NCBI GenBank assembly: GCA_054600435.1
Contig: BAAIJX010000016.1
Location: forward strand, 124,001-188,000
DNA: 64,000 bases
Reading direction: 5' to 3'
Source: Neophaeotheca triangularis
Taxonomy: Eukaryota
Under the pieces are notes generated by a model. It did not search any database and was not told the origin of the DNA. It worked only from the letters and a program-made list of their open reading frames with translations. Made by a program: the position numbers and the translations under genes. This document shows, piece after piece, positions 21,301-32,528 of the stretch. Numbering within the stretch: the first letter of the stretch is position 1; each line of letters begins with the position of its first letter.

Positions 21301-23990
21301 GCCCAAGCCTACGCCCGCTACGAAACCCAATGTCGCGCCTCAGCCAAAGCCCGAAACACCAGAGTCGTCCCGACCCGTCACGAAACCAGAAAAGCAGATG
21401 AGCCTTCCAACTCCCAAGCCAGAGCCTCAGGCACCAGAAGCTTCAAACAACCTAGAAAGGCAGACGAGCGCGCCCACTAGAGCCGATCCCAAGCAAGTCA
21501 ACGAAACCAGCAAGCTTGCTTCGCGCTTCAACCCGGGTCTGGCGAACATTCTTGCTCGAGGCCCTCCTGCTAGCAGCGCTGAAGAGCCGAGATCCGCCAG
21601 CTTTGGTACGCCCAATACAAGCGGGGCTGCGTTTACGCCTACCGAGCCTCCTGCTGAAGGTGGTCAACTGCAGGATATGCGCAAGGGACGCGCTAAAGGA
21701 CCGAAGAAGCGGAAGGGCGGTGCTAAGGCAGCTTCAGAAGAGCAGGCGAGCGCGCTCTCGCGAACTGAGCCGTTGATCAATGTTGCAAAGTCAGATGCAA
21801 AGTCGCCAGTTCCTCCAACCAAGTCCACGGCTGTGCGAGCAGTCTCTGCTTCCATGTCACCGAAACCCCTCCAAGAGGAGAAGCCAGCACCGCTTGTGGC
21901 GAGCCCGGCCTCTGCCTCGCCTGTCCAGGAGAAGAAGGCGGCACTGCCCAAGCCGTTGTTCGCATCACGGAGGCCTGACACTCAAGCTGAGATCAAGCCA
22001 GCAACGCCCGCCAAGAAGCCATCCTTCTCCCTTCAAGAGTCTACCCCCGAAAAGCCTGCCGTGCCCAAGAAAGACACAATTCCCGAATTCAAAGGCTTCG
22101 GCTCCATCAAGCGGTCACAGTCGTCCGAAAAGCAGGACGAGAACAAGGAGAACACTGATTCCGACGCCCCGGCGGTAAAGAACGTGGCTTCCTTTTGGAG
22201 TAAGCCTCCGGCTGCCAAGCCCGGTCAACCTCCCAGCCAGATTGAACTCCCCAGCAAAAAGGATGAGGAGGCGGCGATGCGCTCTGCTGGTCTTCTCGCT
22301 CGATCGCCTTCGAGGCCTTCCTCTAGGGATGAGTTTGGCGCCGCGAGTCCCCCAGCATCCGCTGGAGCTCCGCCCAAGCCGTCGAAGCCTTCACGTATTG
22401 TGAGCGGGCAGCTACGGGAGGCGTCTGCGAACAAGGGTACGTCTTAGTGCCTTACACTCTCCCAGAACACATCTCATGCTGTTTTTGCATTGCTTTATTG
22501 ACTTCGCCCGCACAGTCGTCCCCTGAAGAGTCTCCGGGTTTGCTGCTGACTGATCTGGGTTGTTTTCAGATTTGCCAGGGCTACCTCCCATGACAGAGAC
22601 TGAAAAGACCTTGCAAGCTGCTTTTGGTCAAGTACCGCGTGGTGCAGGACCTTTGCAAATCAGCACCGAAGAGCTTCTAGGTGAGGCCATATCGAAAGAA
22701 TCAGAGCCACCGGTCAAGACGCTACGACGGACAATCATCGAGCACTCGCCACCAGACGGCACGCCGACCAAACCCCCACAGCAAGGCGAATACACCCTCT
22801 TTGACGAATGCGTATACACAATCGCCCATTCTTACACCAACCCCACCGGCCGCAAATCCGCCGAAACGGCAATCTGGAGCGGCCGCCACGCAACCCCCTC
22901 CCTCCTCGAAACCGCACTTCAACACTCCCGCAGCATCTGCAAAGACTTCGCCTCAGGCCCCGCCGTCCAATTGACCCAATCCCATGAACCGCCCTCCTTC
23001 TTCCGCACCCTCGGCGGCATCCTCATAACACGGTCCGGCAACCGCAACTCGGCAAGCAAACGATACATCCTCCGCGGCCGCAAACACCTGGGCTCCATAA
23101 CTTTCGACGAACTCCCCACCTTGACCCCATCGCACCTCAACTCCGCTTTCGTACACCTCATCTCCGCGCCTAAAACCCTATCGGAAACAACCTTGTATCT
23201 ATGGAAAGGCCGCTCCGCCTCGGCGGAAGAAATCTCCGCCGCACGCCTCGCAGCCATGGATCTAAGCGAAACGGGGGAAGTGGTAGAAGTCGACGACGGC
23301 GCCGAATTCCCCTCTTTCCTCCGCGTTTTCGGGCCGGGGACCACACGTTCCGACCTACCCAAAACCCCCACTTTCTGGTCACAGAAGCGTCTCGCTCCCG
23401 AAAAATCCACTATCAGACTCTTCCGTCTCCAACGCCAGGAAGTACGACAAACTCTCAGCGGCAATTTCTTCGGCATGTTTGCTCGTAGACCTAGCGCGCA
23501 GTCTCCCGCTGCGGATCTGAAAGTTGAAGCGAAGCTGCTCTTGCCCTTTTCGCAAGACTCGTTTGAGGCCGAGGGGCTCTATCTTCTTGACGCTTTCGCC
23601 GAGGTTTTTGTTCTCGTCGGCCCGCTGTTTGTTGCTCGGTACCGTTCTGGCGGTGACGAAAATGATCGCGCGGGGAATGGGGGTGGTGGAGTGGCGGCGG
23701 TTTTGTTCTCGCAGGCGCTGTTGCTGGCGGCTGAGTATGCTCTCCTCGCTGCTAGTCGAGAGGATCGACCTGTCGTGCCGGCGTGTAGGGTTGTGTTGCC
23801 TGGGGCTCAGATGCCGGCGGGTTTGGGGGAGGTTTGTAGGTTTTGGGAGGAGGGGAGGGGGTTTTGGGGGACGGGGGGACTGATGGCTGGGTCTGGTGGG
23901 TTGGGGTTTGGAAATGTGGGTCGGGATGGGGGTCGGGCGCTAGATTTGGAGAAGGTGGTTGGTGTGGTCTGTGGAAGTGGAGAGGTGTGA
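18393..23990 (+). CDS. Large disordered DUF4045-type protein with C-terminal gelsolin-like repeats; exons 18393-18624, 18861-22436 and 22570-23990
   Basis: N-terminal FLQSVRELSHQREREDSERYRKLEEEVEKGRQERLARRA|ERA, plus SRDPSWFRQTADRG and SPTKGTGGFVQSAMM. Gelsolin-like C-terminus (TAIWSG, HEPPSFFRTLGG, LYLWKG, YLLDAFAEVFVLVG). Both introns splice in frame. Confidence 0.85.
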
Positions 23991-24272
23991 TGGAGGTGTT
24001 TTGGAAAGGGAGAGGGAAGGGAAGGGGGAGACTTGGACGTGGCGCCTGGAAGGATGTTTGAGCACACTCTCCCGCATACACGAGGCTCAGATAGAGAGAG
24101 GCGAGGCGAATGCTATCATTTCACCATTTCACTCGCAACAGCCAATCACAACAGCCACCAGTCGCAAGACATGCAAATCATCAATTCAATCATCTCAGAT
24201 GCTATCAACATCATTCATCCCATCATCCCCACCTTAACTGGCCCTTTCCCCGGGTCCCACACTAAAAGCCGT

Positions 24273-24906
24273 CTACGAAGGCGGCAACACCTCAAACGTA
24301 GTCGCAATCTCCTTCTCCCAGTGCATCTTATCCTTACCAAAGATCTCGGCCCCAACCTCGAGCTTCTTCCTGCCCTCCGGCAACAACGCCGTGCGAGCGA
24401 TGATGGTATCCGGGCCCATGACTTCCTGGTGGTGGTAGACGTGCGTCGTGCAGTTGGGGCAGTAGTAGCAGTTCACGGCGTTGCCTTTTTTTAAAAAAAA
24501 AGTTTCACATGGCGTGTCAGTGGTTGTTCTTTCTCTCTCTTTTTCTTTTCTTTTTTCAAAGGTTGCGGGCTTGCGTGCGGCACACCCATGTGGCAAAGGT
24601 CACTCACCTGAGTCTCCCTTGTAAGTGTACGCTTTCAGACTCGAGCCGTTGTTCGTCAGGCTCAGGTTGCTCTTGGGGATGATGGAGTTCATGGTGAAAG
24701 CGCCGCCGCCGAGGATCTTGCACGTGTCGCAGTGGCTGTGGGTGGTTTGAGGTGTTAGTTGCGAGTCTTGTCTCCTCTAGAAGCTGCGGTCTGCTTTTTG
24801 CTGGGGTTTTGGGAGCGCACCAGAGAATGTGCTTGGCCTGGTCGCCCTCGAGCTTTACGTTCCAGGTCACGTTGCCGCAGTGGCATTGGCCGTTGTAGGT
24901 GGACAT
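24273..24906 (-). CDS. GFA/CENP-V (Mss4-like) zinc-binding protein; exons 24906-24821, 24735-24608 and 24484-24273
   Basis: MSTYNGQCHCGNV...ILCHCDTCK...YTYKGDSGNAVNCYYCPNCTTH: CxC, CxCxxC and CxxC pattern after removing two GT-AG introns. Confidence 0.9.
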
Positions 24907-25248
24907 TTTGGGCTGGTAGATACTGGAGGTTTTGCGATGGTGGAGAGGGTATGTAGCTGACAGTTGAAGGTATTGGTGTGAAGAAGATGGTTGTCTTGAA
25001 AGCGAAAGCTTGCCTTTTGAATACTTGTACCTTGTGTATTATATATACCGAAACCACCGAAACGTCGAGCTTGAGGTGGGTGTGCTTCGGCGGGTATCTC
25101 ATACATCATACTGGCCTAAGCTTTGGCGTTATTTGATATCTGCACTCGTGCAGCTCGTCCTTTTCCAGCCAATGGGTGGAACCTTTGACTCTTTTGGGTA
25201 GGCTCGAGACGCTGTTGGTCTCGGTTAGGCTCCATTTGTACATTCACG

Positions 25249-25288
25249 TTAGTAGTAGTAGTAGTAGTAGTAGTTGTAGTAGTAGTAG
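25249..25288. repeat. (AGT/TAG)n trinucleotide microsatellite
   Basis: About 12 units of agt with one interruption. A shorter (tag)n run is near 18196-18211. Confidence 0.9.
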
Positions 25289-28200
25289 GTGGGCTTTTGG
25301 AATTCTTGCTTCATTCTCTCTCGCCTCTCGAATAGTGAGTGCTCTTTCTTTCTTCGGAACATCTTGTTTTGCCCTCGCCTTGCGTTTGAATGATGTCGAT
25401 GTGTTCGGTTCGATTATGCCAGTTGTCTTGCACATGGATGCTTGTGCTCCGGCCTGCTCTGTCGTCGTCGGTCGGTCGGAGGGGCAATGGTGGGGTTGAA
25501 GGGGGAGGAGCGGGGCTGTTGATTTCCATCACCATCCATAGAGCCATACCACCCGCATTCAGGGTCTTTTGGTGACGTCGATGTCATCCTTCGAGCGGGC
25601 ATGACAATTTTGAATGCTGGTGGAAATGCCCGGTTCCGATCCACTACTCCCGTCGTGGATGGCGATTCCAAATACCCATCGCATCAAATGGTGATCATGG
25701 TTGTTGCCAGTAATATCGAATATGAATTCCGGTTGTTCCTGTTTGCTGCGAACTCATTATTGTAGATCGCTGTCAAGATGGATTCTGGCTGCCAGTTGGC
25801 TGATAGCGATGATTGTTTGAGCCGTTGTTGCGGACAGATTAGGGTTGAGGACCGATACAAAGAAGTCCACAGTAACGATGGGTTGCGTTGAAAGTCACGA
25901 AGATGTTACCGATTGCGAAGAACAGATCACAGAGGAAAGAAAAGAGAGGTAGGTTCCTTAGCATGTTGTCCAAGAAGGTAACGAAAGTTTCGGTTGCACC
26001 ATCAAGGTAATCGATTACATCAAATTCCTTCCGTGATTCTATAGTCACAAAGCCATGGCGTGTCAATCATTAGACAAGGGATTTTGAACTTCGAGTTAGG
26101 CCATTTGAAAAGGATAAGTTACGTGCTCGTTGGTTCCGAAAAAGACCTTGTCCGACCCAGCAGAAGAGGGCGCGCATCTTGACATGCCCGCGACTTCTTG
26201 CGCTTGTCACCCTTGATATGCATCATCTCCAAGACGTCTGAGTCCTGACCTGAGTCTTTTGCAGGATCAGTGGAGTCTCTTCCAGACCGCCGGGAGGAAG
26301 GTGAAGACTAGTTTGCGGACGTTCTCGAGTAGCTCTTCGTAATTTTGGTCTAGGAGCGCATCGATACCAGACTCGGTGTCTCTAGTGATCGAAGACGATT
26401 CATTTCAAACGGGTGGGCTACTTGAGCACAACCACGGCGTTCTTCATCATCTCATTGAAGTAGCCGGCTTCGAATGCGACGATGTGCAGGAGCTCGAGCA
26501 TGCTGGGACCGTATCACTGAGCCTGACGAGAGCCGTGGTGGTATAGAAGAAGAAAGGCTCCCCCTTACCCATCCTCCTCACCATCCTTGCCTTCCTTCCC
26601 GCTTCCCTTGCCCTTTTCCTTTACCCCCTCATCGCTTTCTTGCTCCTCGCTTTCCTTTGCAAGCTCCTCCGACTCCCTCGCAGACAGCCGCTTCCTCTTC
26701 CCAGCTTCCCGCCGTGACACTAGCAACTTGAACTTCCCGCCACTCGCCTTGTGATCGCCTCGAAGGCGTTGGAAGCACGCCTGGATCACAGTCACAGCTC
26801 AATTGTCACTGAAGCGCTGGTTGAAGCGCTGCGTCAGAGTCTTGCGATATGTCCAGCCAGCGTCGTTCTTGAAAGCCTCCGTGACGACATTCCAGATCCA
26901 CCGAAGCTGCTCGGGTGTAAAGCTTTCGCGGGGGTCGACTTTTGCACTCCATCACCGCTGGTGAAAGTTTGGTCCCACCACTTGTTGAAAGCGTGGATAT
27001 GCGCGCGGTCATTGCAATTCATGGAATCGATGAATTGTGAAGACGATGGCAAAGAAGAAGCGCATTCGCCTGCCTGGATTGGTGTTCCTGCCATTGTAAC
27101 GTCCAAGGAAACGGCCTAGAAAGGGGACAAAGACCTCTTGCACGCACCATGCGTTCAATGACGGTAGACGAACCAAAATGCTTATCATGTATGGCCAGTA
27201 TGAACCGCATATTCCATAGCTAAATGGATCTCAGCAGCTTCTTTACGTACCTTTTATCCCTGAGCTGGTGAACGTCACGGACAAGTACTTTCGAAACGCT
27301 CGTCTTATGGACTATTCCAGAGCGTCGGCTTGAGCGTAAGAATTCGAAATTTGCAGGGACAATACCTCACTTTGGTCCACGGCAGGGCAAAAGCCAGGGA
27401 AAGCACCATCGCTCATGACAGGCCTGATCGACAAAGTAGCTGGAATCCCATTGCCGCAGAGTGAGAGGGTAGAATTAGAGAAAGAGTTTAAGCTATACCT
27501 GAAGGGCCTTCACCGGCTGGCAATAGATACTACTCTTCTATATGGGTGCAACGATCTGAAAGCCAGCATCGCTGTCTATCAAAGCGCTGCGAGGTCAGCA
27601 AGCAACACCCGTTTATACACATAGATGCTTTGCCGTCTACCTCTATCGCGAGACAATACTTTATGCTCGCAGCTACCGCCCCATAACAGTCAGATGAACA
27701 AAGGCAGCACGCTCGCACTCTAGTCAAAGCGGAAGCGAAAAGAGGTAAAGGAAGATTGTAGAGGCGATTGAAAAGCTGGTAAATTCGGCAGAGCTTGGGA
27801 AATATTGAACCAAACGATTCAAAATTAGCTGATCCTCGGTTTAGAATTTTGTTAGGGCCGACTCTATGTATTGGAAAGGCTTTCCGCCGTAGGTGCCGGA
27901 TGTGATGCTGCCGTCGTTTGTATGCGCCCTTGGTGTAACGTTGCACAATCACGGCAGTCTTCGACAGGCTAGGTCGATTTTTGGCTTCGGCGATAGGCAT
28001 CTATGGCTATACTGCGGTAGATCCGACAACTGAAAAGGCCATGATCGGGCGTGGATGGCATCGCATCGATGAAGTAGGAAGGGGGACGGAGGAGGTTACG
28101 TGAGGTGAGGTGAGGTAAGGTGCGATGCGCTTGGGCCGAGCTTCTGGCGCTTCTTGCAACTTCACCTCTTGTGGGAAACTCACGCACATTGTGATATGTG

Positions 28201-28926
28201 ATACATTCCCATCAAACAGTCGCCGCAATGCGAGACTTTCAGTTTGCATTTAATCTCGCACCCAGTAAAGCTTGAACTATCTTTTACTGTCAAAATGCCT
28301 GCCTCTACACACACTAAGTCAAGATGTATCCTAAAAGAACAGGCACATGGCTTCGTAAGATCTGCAAGATTTGCTATAAACGGTGTTCTGCTCACCACCT
28401 TAGTAAAGTAAAATGTCAAGCGAATCGGCACTGTGAGACTCCCGGCAAGATCTGAGTGGGATCGTCATGAGAATACGGTCAGCCGCAAGGACACAGCGAG
28501 GCCCCTTGGGCTTCGGCAGCCTGGGAGGCAACTCAGCTTAATGGTCTCCAGAGCCGGGAGTCGTCCTTACCTACGATATAAGGCGGCTCTGGAACATGCG
28601 CTTTCTTTTCAGTCTAATATTCTCTATGCACTCCCCTGGTAAGGTCTCACCCACTTGCTGTTGAAGCCACCGGAGGTAATGAGCTGACCCCGTGAGACAG
28701 CAGTGTGCTCTCCACATGGGAGGCCATGATCAAACTGTATTGAGGAAACGCCAAGAGTTTGAGGCTTTCATTCTATACTTTACGAACAACACTGACAATA
28801 TTCTACAGTTGCCGGAGATGCTTTACTTCAGGCCCCTCAGTATCGTGTTGAAACGCTTCAATTCCGAGCTAAACAAAGCACATAATGCGGCCTCACCACG
28901 GAACACGCCTTGGATGCCCGACTTGC

Positions 28927-29967
28927 TCAGAACCACACAATATCGCTCCTAGCCTTCTCAGTTTCCTGCTTCCCAAATCCATCCTCCAGGTCCGCTCCGC
29001 CGCCCAAGGCATCTTCGTCAACCCCGGTCGCCTCCTCGTTCCATCCTCCCTCGGTAGCCTCGCTTCCGTCATCTCTGCCGCTCTCTGCCATCTCCTCCGG
29101 CTCCAGGCCTTCCCACTGGCTCGAGTCGTAGAAGGCTTGCCGCTCCTTCTTGATCCTCTGGTAGACCCGGTCCAGCTTGGAATAAACACCGTTCTCTTCG
29201 CGAGACTGGTTGAACTTGGCGTTAAATGCACTGGTGACCTCAGCGGCGGTCAACTTCGGCTTTTCCCAGTCATTCTCGGTGATCAAGCTCTCAAACCACC
29301 GCTCTTGGGCAGCTGAGTACTTTTTTGAGCTCTTGCCGGTTCTGGTAGGGAAAGGGGCACGGCTGGTTACCTGCTCGCGCCACTTGTTGAGCTTCCTGAC
29401 CAAATCCGTGTCTGCCCAGTCCATTCCGGTCGCTGGGAGGCTTGGCCAAGTCGTCCAGACTCTGCCGTTGAACATCCAGAGCTTGTGTGGTTGTACCCCT
29501 GTGTCCTTGACGGTGCCCGTTGCATGCACATTCGAACGATCGATGGTGACGGTCTTGTCGCCAAATGTCCAGGTCTGGTACATTTGTCGAGCTGGATCGC
29601 CTGACTGGTCGTTCTGGCCGTTGTTGGTCGGATCGTGAGGACCTCGAAGGCTCTTCTTGCTGTCGTTGTCCTCGCCTTCCGCCTCGTCGGCCGTTTTCAC
29701 CCCGTCTCTTGCACCTTGCACGGCACCCCGGACTTCGAGGCCCGACCTGGTCCGTTCTGCGGGATGCCAAACGATTGAGGGCAGTTTGTCGTGATCGATA
29801 TGGTCAAATAACCCGAGACGCAACGCGGCGGCAACGTCAGACGGGATCCGGAGCTGCAAGGCGTTGGCGCGCTCTTCGTCTGCCCTTTGGAACCAACGCC
29901 ATTGTCCTTCCCCTTGGATTTGGTCTTCGTGAATTACGGAACCGTCGAGGGCCAGTAGCACCTGCAT
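28927..29967 (-). CDS. Orphan protein with a probable Myb/SANT-like helix-turn-helix region and acidic C-terminus
   Basis: 346-aa ATG-initiated ORF containing DWADTDLVRKLNKWREQ...KYSAAQERWF...AEVTSAFNAKFNQSREENGVYSKLDR, which resembles a three-helix Myb-like unit. Domain call is by eye. Confidence 0.6.
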   Translation of the reverse strand: MQVLLALDGSVIHEDQIQGEGQWRWFQRADEERANALQLRIPSDVAAALRLGLFDHIDHDKLPSIVWHPAERTRSGLEVRGAVQGARDGVKTADEAEGEDNDSKKSLRGPHDPTNNGQNDQSGDPARQMYQTWTFGDKTVTIDRSNVHATGTVKDTGVQPHKLWMFNGRVWTTWPSLPATGMDWADTDLVRKLNKWREQVTSRAPFPTRTGKSSKKYSAAQERWFESLITENDWEKPKLTAAEVTSAFNAKFNQSREENGVYSKLDRVYQRIKKERQAFYDSSQWEGLEPEEMAESGRDDGSEATEGGWNEEATGVDEDALGGGADLEDGFGKQETEKARSDIVWF

Positions 29968-30411
29968 CTTGCTTAGGATGTAAAAGGGTGCTGCGCTTTG
30001 GGTGTGGTGAAGTGAGGTTTGTTGTGTTGTCGCGCTTCAGGTGTCGGAGCGTGAGGTGAAGAGCAACGAGACTCCGTAGAGCGCTGGTTGGTGAAGTAGT
30101 GTTGTGGAAGTTGGGACAAGCTGTGCCGTACTTCAGATTGAGGTGTGTTCCTGTGAATGGGTAGGTGGAAGCTTGCAGTACGCCTTGGGTATGGTAGGTC
30201 AAGGTAGAGGTAAGGTATATCGTGTTCCAGGAAGCTCGAGGAAGCTATAATAGTCTGCGAACGCTCGGACCCCTCCGTTACCAGGCTGTAGTAGGGACCC
30301 CTTTCACGGCAGGGTGAGGTATTGTACGGCTAGTGGCGCTAAGGTGTGTCTTCAACGCCGCGTTCGAGCGGTTTCTTCACAAGGTTGTGGTCAGACGAGC
30401 ATACGGACAAC

Positions 30412-31576
30412 TCACAAGCCCCCCACCAAGACTATGGCGATGAACTGGAAGATAAACTGTGATCCGTTCCAAGAGGGGCTGCCATCGAGCAGTTCGACAC
30501 GCATCTCGTTCATCCATCCCTCTCAACGATTGAGCTTCTTCGACATTCCGCTGGACGACTCAGGCAGCGCACGTGATATCGCTGTTTCTTCGTCTTCCGT
30601 TGTCATTTGGTCATGATGAAAGTTGGTCCCGGGTATAGTAAAGGAGAAATAACCTTGAAGCGCTAGAGTGGAGGAGCTAGAGGTAAGATCTGATGTATAG
30701 AGGATTGCTACGGCCAAAAAGTACACATTTCTATTTATGATAAACCCGTCTCTACCTACCTCTTTACGTTGGCTTAATGGGTCCTCTACTCTTTGGCAAA
30801 GCCTTACCTTTAGAAGCATACGGAGAGCCGAGAAGTATCTAGGAGTCTTCTAGACAACGCCGTTTTCCCTTAGTATCATTCTCCCAATTGTACCGTTCGA
30901 GGTCTTTGACAAGGAATGAAAAGAGGGACCAAGCCATGACTTTGATCGAGCTATGGATGAGTAGACTGAATAGGGACTTAGCTCTTTTCGGAGCTTGCGC
31001 GCTTCATCGATGACAAGCCTCACAAGCAGCATCTTGGGGGACTTGCTGAGATACTCACTTGGTCGGTCGGCAAAGGCAGGATTGAGCTCGACAACTGTAC
31101 CGATGGTTGGGAGCGCTCGCTCTGCGCGTAACAGCTCTGTTGTCTGCATCGAAGTATCGTCTGCCGCGTACTGGTACCGAGATATTTTAGTGCTCGCGAA
31201 CAGGGCCCTCCCTCTGCTAGAGCTCTCCGACTCGACCGGCGACAGATCTCGCGCACGCTGGTGATCGGGGCTCATCAGATTCTTCCAAGGCTTGGTCCAA
31301 CATTGACTGCTGCGTTTAATCTGGCTCCTCCGAGCTTCCGGAGCTGGAGTCGTGGACGATTGGAAACAACAGATCCGAGGGCGATGCTTGAGGCTTTCCG
31401 ACTGTGGTACAGACATCTGAAGAATCGTCTTGGTGATGGATGAAGAAGCCGGAATCATTGTAACGGCAATGTGAATCCACGATGTCCTCAGCACAGTCCG
31501 GGCAAGCGAAGTTGCGGAAGTACATCGAGTCTGCAATCGTGGTGACCAGCGAGAGCCTGGGAGGTTGGCCTGGCAT
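30412..31576 (-). pseudogene. Probable decayed gene with in-frame stops and a frameshift; locally TpA-rich (RIP-like)
   Basis: ORFs 30850-31536 and 30523-30819 lie in the same frame, separated by a single TAG. The frame continues past the TGA at 30523 to 30412. An overlapping upstream ORF (MPGQPPRLSL...CPDC) is in another frame. Confidence 0.4.
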
Positions 31577-32528
31577 CTTGGCTGTGCTCAATGAGCACTT
31601 TGATTCAGGCGAGAGGCTCGTTATCCTGTAGAAGCAGGGCCTCAACATGAGTATGGTCACGTCGTCAGGTCGTGGTCGACATTGTCATCCACTCGTGCAC
31701 AGCGTTAGAGCTCAACACCTGGAACAATCCGCCTTTGCCTGCCATGCCGGGTGTGTGCAGACAAAGACTTGAGCATTTAGATAGCTCGGCGAATGCGTTG
31801 AGTCTTGCTCTTCAAGAGCCCATGGAAGACGGGAGCCTTAGGTAGTAACTGAAGCTCCGGAAGCAGGGACAGCGTCATCAAGCATGGTGGCATACATATC
31901 GCTGCGTATGATAACAGCGAGCTGGTCCTCGTAGAATGGCGCGAGATCATCTCAGTCACAACGGGCTTTTGACCACGGAAGACCAGCCGGCATTGGAGTC
32001 TCGAAATCTGTGCAGTTCTGGTCGTAGCACAGCGCCAGCTGAAACACCGCGACGCTACCGCAAGGACCACTCACCTGCACTCACTGATTCACGCTTCTTG
32101 CTTTGTAGCCATTGCGGATAAAGGTCCAACCGATTCGTCTCGACAAAAAATCTCCCTATACACGAGACCTAGCCTGTGCTTCGACCACTGCCCGCACAAA
32201 CGCGGATAGCGCAGATTTAAATTGCAATATAAATGCTGTCGATCGCCAAGCACCTAAGTGTTCCAGGTGCGAACCGATCGGAGCGAGTGTAGCAAGTTCT
32301 GGCCGATGGGTTAATAGTAATTCCCTTTTCACGATCTGAAAGAGCATCACATTTTATACGGGAGTATATTATTGCCAAAGAGCCGCGTCCCAAATTCTCC
32401 GCGTCCATTACACTCATTCATGCCTTGCCTGGTGCATTAAATTTCGTTCATCCAAATCCCTTCGCATCCCTTCATCACATATTCCCTTCGCATCCCATCA
32501 TCACACATTCCCTTTGCACCACGACAAC

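Noticed and set aside
25838..25850. TTAGGGTT as an interstitial telomere or telomerase template
   Set aside because: Only about one repeat unit, as expected by chance.
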